The notes: generated by a model from the letters alone, not told the origin. Positions 31,184 to 42,504 are shown, counted from the first letter of the stretch. The stretch: DNA of 64,000 bases from Terriglobia bacterium (GCA_965198225.1 CBDAOY010000007.1:352001-416000), one strand, 5' to 3'. Numbers and translations are program-made.

Positions 31184-32001
31184 ATGGCCGGGACCCTGCG
31201 CGGGCTCGAGGGCATCCGGCAGGGACGGAATCTCAAGGTGAAGCCTTTTGCGGTCGCGGGCTTCGGACAGGCACGCGCGGGTGGCGAGCTTCCGACTGAC
31301 GACGACTACGACGGCGGCGTGGACCTGAAGTACGGGCTCTCGCCATCGCTGACACTCGATGCCACCTACCGCACGGATTTCGCCCAGGTGGAAGCGGACC
31401 AGCAGCAGGTGAACCTGACCCGCTTCAGTCTCTTCTTGAGTCCCTCGGCCCGGGCATCGCATTCTACGGGGGATCAGCGATCAATATCGACGCGACACGG
31501 ATGTTCGACAGGCTGAGGGGGGACTTCGCCATCCGGTCCGACATCACGATCCCGACCGGCGACTACAACGACGACAGCTATTCGATCCGTTACAACTCGA
31601 ACCGGTCGCGGAAGGTCTCGGGGAATGTCCGATATCAGTTTGGTGAGTTCTGGGACGGAAGGCGCGAATCCCTGAGCCTGGGCGTCGCGTTGAAACCGAG
31701 CCCTCACCTGAACGTCGATGTGGACTACAGCAGGAACCAGGTTCGTCTGTCGAACGGCTCGTTCAACACGAACCTCCTCGGAACGCGGCTCCTCTATTCC
31801 TTCACCACGAAGATGTTCCTGAACGCGTTCCTCCTGTACAACACGGATGCCTGACAGTTCAGCTCCAACATCGGCTTCCACATCATCCACCACCCGCTCA
31901 GCGACCTCTACGTGGTCTTCAACGAACGCCGGGACACGCAGACGAGTCAGGTGCTGGAGCGTGCACTGGTCGTCAAGTTCACTTAACTGTTCAGCTTCTG
32001 A
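31184..32001 (+). pseudogene. DUF5916-like outer-membrane protein remnant
   Basis: DLKYGLSPSLTLDATYRTDFAQVEADQQQVNLTRFSLF, then an internal deletion, then C-terminal barrel strands with in-frame TGA (31852) and TAA (31984) before terminal LFSF*. Confidence 0.8.
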
Positions 32002-32091
32002 ACGCTGGTAGCCCGAGTCAGCAGTAGCGCCAGGCACCGAAATCAGGCAGGATAACCGAACCACCAAACATTTCCTGGGAGGCTTAAAGAC

Positions 32092-32290
32092 ATGGGAAAT
32101 GTCATCGCCAAACTGCTTCGGGATTTCGAGAATGGACACATGAGTCGCCGCCAGCTCATCCAGAGCCTGGCACTGGCAGCGGCCGCAGCTTCAACCGCAA
32201 GCGCCGCGAGCGGGCCTGCGGCACAGGCCAGCGGGTTCAAGGCCGTCAGCGTGGACCACATTTCCTACCAGGTCATCGACTACGCACACA
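32092..32290 (+). pseudogene. 5' fragment of a Tat-exported VOC family protein
   Basis: MGNVIAKLLRDFENGHMSRRQLIQSLAL..GFKAVSVDHISYQVIDY, then non-homologous-looking sequence. End approximate. Confidence 0.65.
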
Positions 32291-32525
32291 GGCGGAGCGA
32301 AACCGCCTGGCTCACACCAACGCGGAAGCGGCATGTCGCCAAAGCCGGACAACCGACTGCCTGGCTATCGCCGCGGACTTTCCAGCTGCACTCGGGTGTT
32401 TCCGACTATGAATGCTGCAAACCTGAGGGCCCCCGGCTGTTCAGCCCCGCAGCCGCAGATCTATTCTCAACTGTGGCGGAACGGGTGCTCGTCAACCGCC
32501 GAACCAAATTGAATTCCAGGGAGTC

Positions 32526-33632
32526 ATGCGACTGGCATTGATCGTCTCGACCCTGGCCGCCGGTGGTACCGAGAGAGTGGTAGCCACGCTGGCAAACGCG
32601 TGGGCCGAGAAGGGCTTGGAGATCAGTGTACTCACGTTGGCGGATGAGCAACCCATGCCCCACTACCCGTTGGACGACAGCGTGCGGCTAATCTTTCTCG
32701 GGTTAAGTCGGAGCAGGTTCGGAGTGATGGCTCCCTGGCGGTTGGCAAGACGGTTGTGGAGGCTGCGCCGAATGGTGCGATGGTTGAACGTGGATGCAGT
32801 GCTGGCTTTCGGGGACAAGACGAATGCCCTGGCAGTATTCGCAACCCGCGGTTTGACGGTGCCCGTCATCGTCTCAGAGCGTGTGGACCCCAAAGTTCAG
32901 GTGGAGACCAATGGGCCGGTGTGGTCTGTTCTGATTAAGAAAGCATACCGTCTGGCCGACCGAGTCGTTTTGCAGACCGGGGGTGTTTCCGAATGGTTCC
33001 GCACACGGGGCATTGGGCACTACTCGATCATCCCAAATCCAGTGGTGGCTGTGCCGAGGACACCCCGGAAGAGACAAGGTCCCGGGATACAAATTGTCTC
33101 CATGGGACGCCTTGTTGAGCAGAAGGGCCACGATCTGTTGATTGAGGCGTGCTCACGGCTTTCTCCGGAGAGTGACAATTGGAGTCTGGTTATCTACGGC
33201 GAAGGTCCCCTGCGCGACCATCTAGCCGGGCGAGCTCAACACCTTGGCCTGGCTGACCGGGTACACTTCCCTGGTCGCGCCGACGCGAGGCTGACCGTCT
33301 TCGAAGAAGCCGATATTTTTGTCCTCCCCTCGCGATACGAGGGCTTTCCCAATGCCCTCTGTGAAGCCATGGCGGCTGGCCTGCCGGTAATCGCTGCCGA
33401 CTGTAACTTTGGGCCGAGCGAAATTGTGCGCGACGGCGTGGACGGAGTCCTGGTGCCGACTGGCAACCCGGAAGAGCTGGCCAAAGCGCTGCAGCGGTTA
33501 ATCGGCGACCCGGACGAGCGCCAACGTATCAGTCAGCGGGCGCCCGGAATCGTCGAGCGGTTCTCGCTGGAGACCGTGCTGGGGATGTGGGAGGCCCTGC
33601 TGAGGGAGTTGGCAGACACGAGGAGCGCATGA
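32526..33632 (+). CDS. glycosyltransferase family 4
   Basis: GGTERV N-terminus; MGRLVEQKGHDLLI; FVLPSRYEGFPNALCEAMAAGLPVI. Confidence 0.95.
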   Translation: MRLALIVSTLAAGGTERVVATLANAWAEKGLEISVLTLADEQPMPHYPLDDSVRLIFLGLSRSRFGVMAPWRLARRLWRLRRMVRWLNVDAVLAFGDKTNALAVFATRGLTVPVIVSERVDPKVQVETNGPVWSVLIKKAYRLADRVVLQTGGVSEWFRTRGIGHYSIIPNPVVAVPRTPRKRQGPGIQIVSMGRLVEQKGHDLLIEACSRLSPESDNWSLVIYGEGPLRDHLAGRAQHLGLADRVHFPGRADARLTVFEEADIFVLPSRYEGFPNALCEAMAAGLPVIAADCNFGPSEIVRDGVDGVLVPTGNPEELAKALQRLIGDPDERQRISQRAPGIVERFSLETVLGMWEALLRELADTRSA

Positions 33633-34483
33633 CGGCGCACGCGAAGGAAGTAGACGCCGCGACGCGGTTCGAGTTCGGAGCGAACTGGAACCGCTTCCTG
33701 TCCGTACTGGACGAGGAGCGCATCGAAGAAGCTGAGAACTCATTAAAAGACATGCTGGAGGTCGACTCCCTGGAAGGCAAAGCCTTACTTGATATCGGCT
33801 CCGGCAGCGGACTGTTCAGCCTCGCGGCGCGACGGTTGGGCGCCATTGTGCATTCGTTTGATTACGACCCTCAGTCCGTGGCCTGCACGGCCGAGCTGAA
33901 ACGCCGGTACTTTCCGGATCACAGCAAGTGGTCTGTCGAGGAAGGGTCGGTGCTCGACCGCGACTACCTGGCTTCGCTGGGACAACACGATGTCGTCTAC
34001 TCCTGGGGCGTGCTGCATCACACCGGCGATCTGTGGACTGCGCTGGACAACGTGGTTCCGCTCGTACGGACCGGCGGCAGACTATTCATCGCGATATATA
34101 ACGACCAAGGACCGTTCTCGCGCTTTTACGCCAGATTGAAGAAAACGTACGTGAACGCATCGCGACCGGGCAAAATAGCGATTGCCGGGGCTTATATGAC
34201 CTACCATGTCGTTCGAGGCCTGGTCGCCGATACGCTGGTTCGCCGGAGGAATCCAATCAAACGCTATTCCCGACACAACCGAGCACGCGGAATGTCGGCG
34301 TGGCACGATATCATCGATTGGATTGGTGGCTACCCCTTTGAAGTGGCCAAACCGGAACATATTTTCGATTTCTACCGGGAGCAAGGATTCACCTTGCGCC
34401 GCTTGAAGACTTGCGTGGGAGGGTCCGGCTGCAATGAGTTCGTTTTCGAAAAGACCGTCGAAGCCACATCAAGTCATCGGTAA
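33629..34483 (+). CDS. class I SAM-dependent methyltransferase (polysaccharide-cluster type)
   Basis: ATGA overlap; RFEFGANW, LDIGSGSGLFS, VYSWGVLHHTG, DWIGGYPFE. Confidence 0.92.
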   Translation: MTAHAKEVDAATRFEFGANWNRFLSVLDEERIEEAENSLKDMLEVDSLEGKALLDIGSGSGLFSLAARRLGAIVHSFDYDPQSVACTAELKRRYFPDHSKWSVEEGSVLDRDYLASLGQHDVVYSWGVLHHTGDLWTALDNVVPLVRTGGRLFIAIYNDQGPFSRFYARLKKTYVNASRPGKIAIAGAYMTYHVVRGLVADTLVRRRNPIKRYSRHNRARGMSAWHDIIDWIGGYPFEVAKPEHIFDFYREQGFTLRRLKTCVGGSGCNEFVFEKTVEATSSHR

Positions 34484-34947
34484 GACGCACCGTACAAGGC
34501 ATCGCGGTCCGAAACGTCGACGAGGGCGCCTCCGCTGTCAAACGTGGGCAACTCGGGAAGGTCCCGCCGCGACTGCGCCCGTTTCCCGAGAGACAGCCTC
34601 AAAGCGGATTCGACCAGTTCCGACATCGTCTTGCCGGTCCGGGCCGCTTCTTGGATCTCCGCGTAGATTCTCCCGCCCTCGATCAGAGCCGAGGCCGGCA
34701 CCGCGGCTTCGGTGACGAGCACTCCATTCTGCCGGAATGCGAAGATTGCCAGTCCCGCCGGTACGGAGTTTCCGTCTTGCGAGTCCAGACGACCATAACC
34801 GGTGTTTGCGGATTCCGCAGCTCCAGAGGTGATCCGGACAAATCCGCCATGATCCTGGACCGTGACTGGCGTCGTGCTTTGCGACCAGGAGGGAAGGCAA
34901 AGAACCAGCAGGACCAGCATAAGCAAAGCGCACCGCGGCAAGCGCAT
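34474..34947 (-). pseudogene. chimeric remnant: signal peptide and acidobacterial module fused to an RHH antitoxin-like C-terminus
   Basis: VPAGLAIFAFRQNGVLVTEAAVPAS matches the module of the 8074 gene and runs into EAARTGKTMSELVESALR..LPTFDSGGALVDVSDRDALY. Confidence 0.6.
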
Positions 34948-35358
34948 TAACGCTGCCCGTCCTACGCGTGGTAACCCACTGTGGCTTTGTGCCTTAGTGA
35001 CGGGCGAGTGCCATATGCTGCGAGCCTCGCGGGCGCTCCTGCGCCGTGCTGTGAGAGATGCGTAAATGACATAGAAGGGGGGAGTGGGGGTCAATGCGGC
35101 GACCACACCGGGCCGCCTCTCGTTTCAAATGCGCAAAATCTGCCGCTTAACTGATATGATGTATAGATTGAGTTATTGTGTAACGACTCGAAGACCCTCC
35201 GACGATCTAACGTGCCATTCCTCGGCTTTCAAACCTGTTTTGAGAACACTGGGATCGTGCCGACATCTCGGTTCAAAATTACAGGACTACCATGCAGAAT
35301 GACCGATTCGAAGACCTCTCACTAAGCAAACCCATCCTTCGTGCCCTCGGAAAAGAAG

Positions 35359-36981
35359 AGTTGTGTGCGTCAAGTTCTGCAAAAAGTATTTCCGAAAAAG
35401 TCAGTTCTTGAGTGTTGATCGCCGTCGGGCCTGTGGGAATGTGGGAAAGCTGAACGTTCTTGGCGAAGCTTTTCCAAGCCTCAGAGGGAATCCGCGTCTT
35501 GTTGCGGATTTCCTCTGAGGCGTCATTTCCATCAGGCCTCTGCCTTTCTTTCTTTTTTGGTTCTCTTTCTTTCGCCCTTTGAAAGTTTTCCACAGAGATT
35601 CCTCGCTCCAGGATGCGCTGTAATCGACGATCGGCTTCCGAGCCGATCCTTGGGTCGGTCCGTTTTGACGCGTTCACGCGGCAGGCGTCTGACGGTGCCA
35701 GTCCTTCTTGTGTTCCTTCAACAGATCCATGTTCAAATAACGGATCGCTTCGATCCAGTTCTCGTGCATCTCGGTGGTCAGTGCCCGAATCAAACGCAGA
35801 CAGCTGGCCGCGTTGGGGAATATCCGCACCACACGCGTTCGCCGCTTGATCTCTTCGTTGAGCCGTTCCAGCATATTGGTGGATTTCATGTGCTTGTGAT
35901 GCTGAAGCGGCAGCGTGTAGAAGCTCAGCGTCTCGTCGATGTTGTCTTCGACCCAGTCGCAGAGTTTGGGATATTTCTGCCCCCACTTGCTCAACCACGC
36001 CGCGAGGTCCTGCCGCGCTTCCTGGAGGTTCCGCCGATCGTAGAGCCAACGCAGTTCCTGGAGGCAATCGTCATCGCCTTTGCGCGGCAGATAATCCAAT
36101 GCGTTTCGGAGAAAGTGCACGTAGCAGCGCTGCCAGATCGCTTCGGTCAGGACTTCCGCGATGGCTTTCTTCAACCCCGGATGATCGTCGGTCACCACGA
36201 ACTCCACCCCGCACAGGCCGCGTTGTTTTAAACTCAGCAGCAGTTGCCGCCAACTGGTCGTGCTTTCCCGTCCCGCCAGCTCCACCGCCAACACACCGCG
36301 CCGGCCGTCCCAGTTGATTCCGATCGCGACCAGCACCGCCCGGCTCCGGATGACCCCGTCTTCGCGCACCTTCTCGTAGCGCGCATCCAAAATTAGGTAC
36401 GGGTATTCTTCCTCCAATCGTCGCGTTGCAAACTTTTTCAGCTCCTTGTCCAGAGTCTGATTAATCCGGCTGATCGTGCTGGCCGAAAACGAATGTCCGC
36501 ATAGTTCTTCGGTGATGGCTTTCACCTTGCGCGTTGACACGCCCTGCACGTACATCTCGGCCAAGCTGGCCACCAAGGCTTTCTCGCTGCGTTGGTAGCG
36601 TTCAAACACCTCCGTACTGAACCGGCCGGCCCGGTCCTGCGGCACGCGCAACTCCAGCTTGCCCACCCGTGTGACCAGGTCCCGTCCGTAATAGCCACTC
36701 CGATATCCGGTGCGACCCCCTGTTCGTTCACTCTTGACCGCGCCCACGACCTGGTCCATCTCCGCCTCGAGAATCTCTTGAACCACCTCCTGTACGACGC
36801 TTTTCAGCAAATCCTTTTCCTCTCCTAACAGTTCTTTCCAATCCACTCCCTTTCGCTTAATCTGAGGTCGGGCCATCGGTTCATCTCCTTCGTTTCAAAG
36901 TTGATTCGTTACCAACTTTTCGGAGATACCCTGGCCCTTTCCTATTTCAGGACCTTTTTGCAGAAACTCTGAAACATAACC
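35359..36981 (-). mobile_element. IS256-family insertion sequence, complete
   Basis: Imperfect 28-bp inverted ends sharing TTCTGCAAAAAG; 8-bp direct repeat AAAAGAAG at 35351-35358 and 36982-36989. Confidence 0.95.
35674..36876 (-). CDS. IS256-family (Mutator) transposase
   Basis: LRVPQDR.G.FST..FERYQRSE, MYVQGVSTRKV, LILDA, WQRCYVHFLRN, STNMLERLNEEIKRRT. Confidence 0.97.
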   Translation of the reverse strand: MARPQIKRKGVDWKELLGEEKDLLKSVVQEVVQEILEAEMDQVVGAVKSERTGGRTGYRSGYYGRDLVTRVGKLELRVPQDRAGRFSTEVFERYQRSEKALVASLAEMYVQGVSTRKVKAITEELCGHSFSASTISRINQTLDKELKKFATRRLEEEYPYLILDARYEKVREDGVIRSRAVLVAIGINWDGRRGVLAVELAGRESTTSWRQLLLSLKQRGLCGVEFVVTDDHPGLKKAIAEVLTEAIWQRCYVHFLRNALDYLPRKGDDDCLQELRWLYDRRNLQEARQDLAAWLSKWGQKYPKLCDWVEDNIDETLSFYTLPLQHHKHMKSTNMLERLNEEIKRRTRVVRIFPNAASCLRLIRALTTEMHENWIEAIRYLNMDLLKEHKKDWHRQTPAA

Positions 36982-38472
36982 AAAAGAAGGATACGTTCGG
37001 CCGACTCCCATCCAGAAGGCCGCGATTCCCGCTCTGCTTGAAGGTCGCGACTTGCTCGCAAGTGCGCAGACCGGCACCGGCAAGACCGCGGCGTTCGCGG
37101 TGCCTATTCTCGAACTGCTGGCCGAAGAGCCGGACTCGACCGGCCTGCGCGCCGTTGTGCTGACACCCACGCGCGAGCTTGCGCTCCAGGTTGATGAAAG
37201 CTTTCGCTCATATGGCCGTTACCTCAAAATGCGGACCGCCGTTGTGCTCGGCGGTGTCGCCTACGGGCCGCAGATCCAGGCCCTGAAAAAGAACCCGGAT
37301 ATCCTCGTCGCGACACCCGGCCGTCTCCTCGACCTGATGGAGCAGGGCTATGTCTCGTTCGAGAAGGTCGAGATGTTCGTGCTCGATGAGGCGGACCGGA
37401 TGCTGGACATGGGTTTCATCTACGACGTGCGCCGCATCACCGACCGATTGCCGAGAGAACGGCAGACGATGTTCTTCTCGGCCACGCTCCCCCCGGAAGT
37501 CGCGTCGCTGGCGGCAGACATGTTGTGGGAGCCGGCTCGGGTGGCGGTCGCGCCTCCGGCCGCCGTGCCCGAGGAGATGATCCAGAGAGCACTCTTCGTG
37601 TCCCGGGGCGACAAGCTCGACCTGCTGACCGCGCTATTGGGATTACAGAAGATCGAGAGAGCCCTGGTTTTTACACGGACCAAGCACCGCGCCGATCGTG
37701 TTGTCAATCATCTCACGAGGAAGGGAATCAAGGCGGACGCCATCCATTCCAACAAGACCCAGAAGGCCCGTCAGCGAGCCCTTGCGGCGTTCGATACCGG
37801 CAAACTGCGGATTCTTGTGGCCACCGACATCGTGGCCCGCGGTATCGATGTTGAAGGCATCACGCACGTCATCAACTACGAGATGCCAAACAATGCGGAG
37901 GGTTACGTTCACCGGATCGGAAGAACGGCCCGGGCCGGGGCCAGAGGCATGGCGTTGTCGTTCTGCGACGTCGAAGAAGTGGCCCTGCTCAAGAACATCG
38001 AAAGCCTGACCGGTTATCCGATCGAGAAGGTTTCCCGCCATCGCTTCCATTCCAATGCGATTGCGACGCTTTACGGCGTTGACGATGAAGCGGCGGGGAA
38101 TGCCCGGAAACTTCCTTTCCGTTCCACACGCGGCCGCAGCTTCGGACCGCGGCGGAGGCGTCTGGGCCGATAGGATTTCGGCACGTATCGGTCCTCGCGG
38201 CGCGACCCCGCAAGCTCTGTTCTCCTCAGCGATTCTGTCTTCCGTGACAATCCCTTCCATTGTTTGAAGTGGCGATCAGTTCGACGGCGTCACGGATAAA
38301 TCTCTGCTATAGGAGGCGGAGTGGAAAGTGACGGGCGATGAGTTTGAAGTGGTTGCGCCTTCGAGCTCGGCTGGAGACCCTTAGAATCAAATCATACGTG
38401 ACGGCGGTTTCGGAAAGCGTCGCCGGCCAGGTCCGACCGAAGACGCCGCGATCGTGTGAGAATAGGGACTCG

Positions 38473-39525
38473 ATGGCTGGCACAGACACACCGACCCCAC
38501 CTGCCGGCGACACCGGCGCGGCTGGCCTGCGCACGGCCTGGGAGCGACGCACGCGCGTGTGGGCTCTTGTCTTTGCGGCGTTGACGCTGGTGGTATCGGC
38601 GCTCGTCGCCCTCGTGTGGACCGGCGCGCCGACAGCGACCACGCTGGTCGCGGCACTGGCCCCGGCGTTCGGGGTGTACGCGTGGCAGACGGGCAAAATC
38701 CGCCGCCGTCGGGCGATCCTGCGGAAACCCTTCCGACCGGAATGGGAAACGGTGCTGCAGCGGGACGTCGTCTTCTTTCGGGTGCTCGGCTCGGCCCAGA
38801 AGCAGCGGTTCCGTCGTGAACTCCAGGTGTTCCTGGGAGAGAAGCCGATCACCGGCATCAAGGTTCGCCTCGACACGACGACGCGTGTCCTGGCTGCCGC
38901 CAGCGCCATCATCCCGATCTTCGGCTTCCCCGACTGGGAGTGGGACCAGATCAGCGAGGTGCTGATCTATCCGACCCGGTTCGACGGCGAGTTCCAGTTC
39001 GGCGACAAGCAGGGTCACAACATCCTCGGGATGGTCGGGTCGGGCGGCCTGAACCGGTTGATGATCCTCTCCAAGCCGGATCTGATCGCCGGCTTCCGCA
39101 ATGCGACCGACAAGCGGAACGTGGGCATCCATGAGTTCGCGCACCTGGTCGACAAGAGCGATGGGGTGATCGACGGCGTACCCGGCGTGGGACTCGACCG
39201 GCAGGCCATCGGGCCCTGGATCGACCTGGTCCGCCGCAAGATGGCCGAAATCGAGGAAGGGACATCCGACATCAACCGCTACGCGCTGACCAACGAGGCC
39301 GAGTTCTTCGCCGTGATGTCGGAGTACTTCTTCGAGCGCCCCGGCGTGTTGCAACGCAAACACCCCCACCTCTACGCGGCGCTCGAAGGTGTCTTCAACC
39401 AGGACCTGCGATCTCGAGCGGCGGCGTTGCGGCGTGAGCTGAAACGCGGCCGGCCGAAGTTCGGCCGGAACTCGCCGTGCCCGTGCGGGAGCGGACTCAA
39501 GTTCAAGAAATGTTGTCTCCAGTAG
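38473..39525 (+). CDS. M90/MtfA-like zinc peptidase with two N-terminal TM helices and a C-terminal SEC-C motif
   Basis: [50 protein letters not shown]. Confidence 0.92.
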   Translation: MAGTDTPTPPAGDTGAAGLRTAWERRTRVWALVFAALTLVVSALVALVWTGAPTATTLVAALAPAFGVYAWQTGKIRRRRAILRKPFRPEWETVLQRDVVFFRVLGSAQKQRFRRELQVFLGEKPITGIKVRLDTTTRVLAAASAIIPIFGFPDWEWDQISEVLIYPTRFDGEFQFGDKQGHNILGMVGSGGLNRLMILSKPDLIAGFRNATDKRNVGIHEFAHLVDKSDGVIDGVPGVGLDRQAIGPWIDLVRRKMAEIEEGTSDINRYALTNEAEFFAVMSEYFFERPGVLQRKHPHLYAALEGVFNQDLRSRAAALRRELKRGRPKFGRNSPCPCGSGLKFKKCCLQ

Positions 39526-39649
39526 CAGGTTGATCAAGGAGACGGTTAAGCGCTCCCGTCACCAGATCGACTTTGTGAATCGGGGAGAGGCGGCGCAGCA
39601 GATCCACCTCTGTTTTGGGGATCACCGTACTCGATCGTGGAAATAGCGG

Positions 39650-39960
39650 CCATCCACGGCTCGGTGTTGGGCTAAGACTTCGTCTAGAAACCACGTATCT
39701 CCGAGTCGATCTCGTCGTCGCTTCAGCCGCCGCGCGTAGTCGGGGCCGAACCTCCCGCACCAGGCCGCACGGTTTCGTAGGACACGATGATGCCCCGCTC
39801 GGCAAGGAGATCCTCGATATCCCGGAAGCTCAGGCCGAATCTGTGATACAACCAGACGGCATGGCTGATGATTTCAGGCGGAAAGCGATGCCTCAGGTAG
39901 CGGGATCGACGAGTGTTCATCCCGGTATTGTGCCGCGTGGAGAGTTAACCTGACAAAGCC
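39650..39960 (-). mobile_element. IS6-family remnant (left inverted repeat and frameshifted 5' transposase)
   Basis: GGCTTTGTCAGGTTAA end at 39960; RHRFPPEIISHAVWLYHRFGLSFRDIEDLLAERGIIVSYETVR, then RRRDRLGDTWFLDEV..RAVD in a shifted frame. Confidence 0.85.
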
Positions 39961-40068
39961 CGCGTCGCTGAACCATCCCAACATCGGGCACAGCTACGGG
40001 CGCGGCAGCGGCGACACGCACCGAGCCGCCGACGAACCCACTGAACGCGATTGCACGAGGTCCGATCG

Positions 40069-42090
40069 ATGCCGCGATTTCCGCTGAAGACTCCGACACT
40101 GATTCCTGCGCTCTTTCTCTTCGCGCTGGCCGGCCCCGACGAGGGGGGCGTCCAGATCGTCGCACCGGCCGAGGCCGCGGTTGCACAGGAAGAGTTCTAC
40201 CTCGAGGAAGCGACGATCGCGGACATTCAGGGCGCGATCCGCGCCGGCGATCTGACGGCCGAGCAGCTCGTCGAGCTCTATCTCGCACGCATCAAGGCCT
40301 ATAACGGCACCTGCGTCAACCAGCCCGAAGGCATTCTCGGGGCGGTTACGACGATACCGGACGCCGGACAGATCAATGCGCTCGCGACGCTGAACCTCAG
40401 GCCCGCCACGCGCGTGCGCTGGGGATTCGACTCGCGAAAGGCCCGGAGCATGACGGACGCCGACGACGACGATCCGGCCATGCCGGACGCGCTCGAAACG
40501 GCACGCGCGCTCGACGCGCACTTCGCGGCGTCGGGCGAGTTCGTCGGTCCTCTACACGGTGTCGTCATGGCGATCAAGGACCAGTACGACACGTTCGACA
40601 TGCGCACGACGTCGGGCGCCGACGCCTTCTACGCCGACGATCGGCCGCCCGACGATGCGACGTTCGTGCGCCGGCTCCGTGAGGCCGGCGCGATCATGAT
40701 CGCCAAGTCGAATCTCGGGGAGTTCGCCTCGGCCATACCGCGCAGCGCTTTCGGCGGCACGTTCTGCAATCCCTACGATACGGAGCGCAGTCCCGGCGGC
40801 TCGAGCGCGGGATCGGGCTCGGCCGTGGGCGCAAACCTCGTGACCTGTGCCATTGCCGAGGAAACGGGCTCGTCGATCCGGAGCCCGGCCTACTCGAACA
40901 ACAGCGTCGGCATCGCGCCGACGCAGGAGCTCGTGAGCCGCGACGGCATGATCCAGCAGGGCATCAACACGCGCGTCGGCCCGATCTGTCGCACGGTCGA
41001 GGACGCCGCGCGCGTTCTCGACGTCATCGCGGGCTACGATCCGAAGGACGAGCTCACGGCGTTCAGCGTGGGGCGCCTGCCTGCGGACGGCTATGCGAGC
41101 CATGCAGAGCCGGGCCGGCTCGAGGGCCTGCGCATCGGCGTCGTCCGCGAATACATGGACAAGGAGGCCTTCACGAAGGAGGACGAGGAGACGATAGATC
41201 TCGTCAGCGCGGCCGCCGCCGAGCTCGGACGTCTCGGCGCGACGCTCGTCGACCCGGGTCCGGGCGGGGCGCTGTTCGATCAGTGCGTGCGCCGCTGGTA
41301 TCCGCAGCTGCACGACAAGCAGTTCACGGCCGAGTATCCCGACCGCTTTCCGTTCGAGGCCGACGGCACGCCTTACGGGAATCACATCGCGACGCTGATC
41401 GAGCTCGCGGCCGATCCCGATCTCATGCCCGAGGAGATCGATTTTCGCACGCTCGGCAATCCGCCGACGCCGGGGCAGGGCCGCTACTGGCTCGACCGTT
41501 ACCTGAGCGAGCGCGGCGACGCGAACATCCGCTCGACCGGTGACCTGCTCGAGAAGGCCAACTTCTACGACGATCCGAACTTTCCCGACCACCGGGCGCG
41601 GCACGAGCGCGCGCTCGAACAGCACGAGCTCGACATGGTCGCGCGCATGCAGAACCGGTTCGCCGTGCAGACGATGGTCATGGCCTGCATGGCCGAACTC
41701 GAGCTCGACGCGGTCGTCTACCCGACGAGCAACATTCCGCCCGTCAAGCTCGGCTCGCCGCGCGGGCCCGAGCTCAACGGCCGCGCCGGCGACGGCGTCT
41801 GGCGGTTCCTCGGCAGAAACGGCTTTCCCGTGATCACGGTGCCGACCGGGTTCACGACCGTGATGTACGATCGAATCCGTGTGCCGTCGACGTCTGAGTC
41901 TGCCTCGGGCGACGAGGATAGTGAGACCGAGATCGTTGGTCCCGTGCCGGCGCGTCTGCCCGTAGGCATGGACATCGTCGCGCGGCCTTTCGGCGAGCCG
42001 ACGATCCTGAGAATTGCGGCTGCCTACGAGGCCGCGACGCGGCATCGCGAGTCGCCCGCCGATTTCGGGCCGCTGTCGGGCGAGCCCTGA
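40069..42090 (+). CDS. secreted amidase signature family protein
   Basis: GPLHGVVMAIKD, NPYDTERSPGGSSAGSGSAV, EETGSSIRSPA (Ser-cisSer-Lys triad region); signal peptide. Confidence 0.93.
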   Translation: MPRFPLKTPTLIPALFLFALAGPDEGGVQIVAPAEAAVAQEEFYLEEATIADIQGAIRAGDLTAEQLVELYLARIKAYNGTCVNQPEGILGAVTTIPDAGQINALATLNLRPATRVRWGFDSRKARSMTDADDDDPAMPDALETARALDAHFAASGEFVGPLHGVVMAIKDQYDTFDMRTTSGADAFYADDRPPDDATFVRRLREAGAIMIAKSNLGEFASAIPRSAFGGTFCNPYDTERSPGGSSAGSGSAVGANLVTCAIAEETGSSIRSPAYSNNSVGIAPTQELVSRDGMIQQGINTRVGPICRTVEDAARVLDVIAGYDPKDELTAFSVGRLPADGYASHAEPGRLEGLRIGVVREYMDKEAFTKEDEETIDLVSAAAAELGRLGATLVDPGPGGALFDQCVRRWYPQLHDKQFTAEYPDRFPFEADGTPYGNHIATLIELAADPDLMPEEIDFRTLGNPPTPGQGRYWLDRYLSERGDANIRSTGDLLEKANFYDDPNFPDHRARHERALEQHELDMVARMQNRFAVQTMVMACMAELELDAVVYPTSNIPPVKLGSPRGPELNGRAGDGVWRFLGRNGFPVITVPTGFTTVMYDRIRVPSTSESASGDEDSETEIVGPVPARLPVGMDIVARPFGEPTILRIAAAYEAATRHRESPADFGPLSGEP

Positions 42091-42249
42091 GCCCGACAGC
42101 GGCCCCGGCCGCCCGGACCCGTGCCGCCGCGAGACGAACCCCGACGTCGAACCTCACCGCTTGACCGCGTAGTGTGCAATTAATCAGCCGACGCTAATCC
42201 TTTGGCTGAGAGCGGGTTGTCCAAGCCCTCCTCCGCTGCATGAACTTCC

Positions 42250-42504
42250 CCGTAGTGTGCCAAAAAACGACCGAAGGCTTTGAATCATCCTAGCAAGAGG
42301 CAGATAGCCTCACGGGATGCCCCATGCGCTGCACCTCCTTGTCTACACGGTCGCCGGCTGGCTAGCGCACCCCATGAAGACCTTCTTAGAGGCGCATTGG
42401 GAAGGTCTCGCAGCCGCCGATCTGTTTACGGTGGAGGTCGTCACGCTGGAAGGGTTGAAGCGGTGCCTCGTGCTCTTCGTGATCGAGTTGAAGACCCGAT
42501 ACAT
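42250..42504 (+). pseudogene. integrase-core (rve) transposase remnant
   Basis: KTFLEAHWEGLAAADLFTVEVVTLEGLKRCLVLFVIELKTR; preceded by a CGTAGTGTGC putative end that also occurs near 42168. Confidence 0.7.

Larger units (their letters stand above)
35292..38173 (+). pseudogene. DEAD-box RNA helicase (RhlE-like) interrupted by IS256
   Basis: 35292-35358 joined to 36990-38173 restores MQNDRFEDLSLSKPILRALGKEGYVRPTPIQKAAIP..AQTGTGKT..PTRELA..DEAD..SAT..HRIGRTAR. Confidence 0.93.

Noticed and set aside
31852-31854. In-frame TGA as selenocysteine in the DUF5916-like gene
   Set aside because: The same remnant has an in-frame TAA and a large deletion, and the site is not a Cys-type redox motif.
32526-34483. 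GT4 plus methyltransferase as a novel modification system
   Set aside because: Both are ordinary components of surface-polysaccharide clusters and look like a displaced two-gene piece.
39615-39953. 112-aa + strand ORF that reads like a real protein
   Set aside because: It is the antisense frame of the IS6 transposase remnant.
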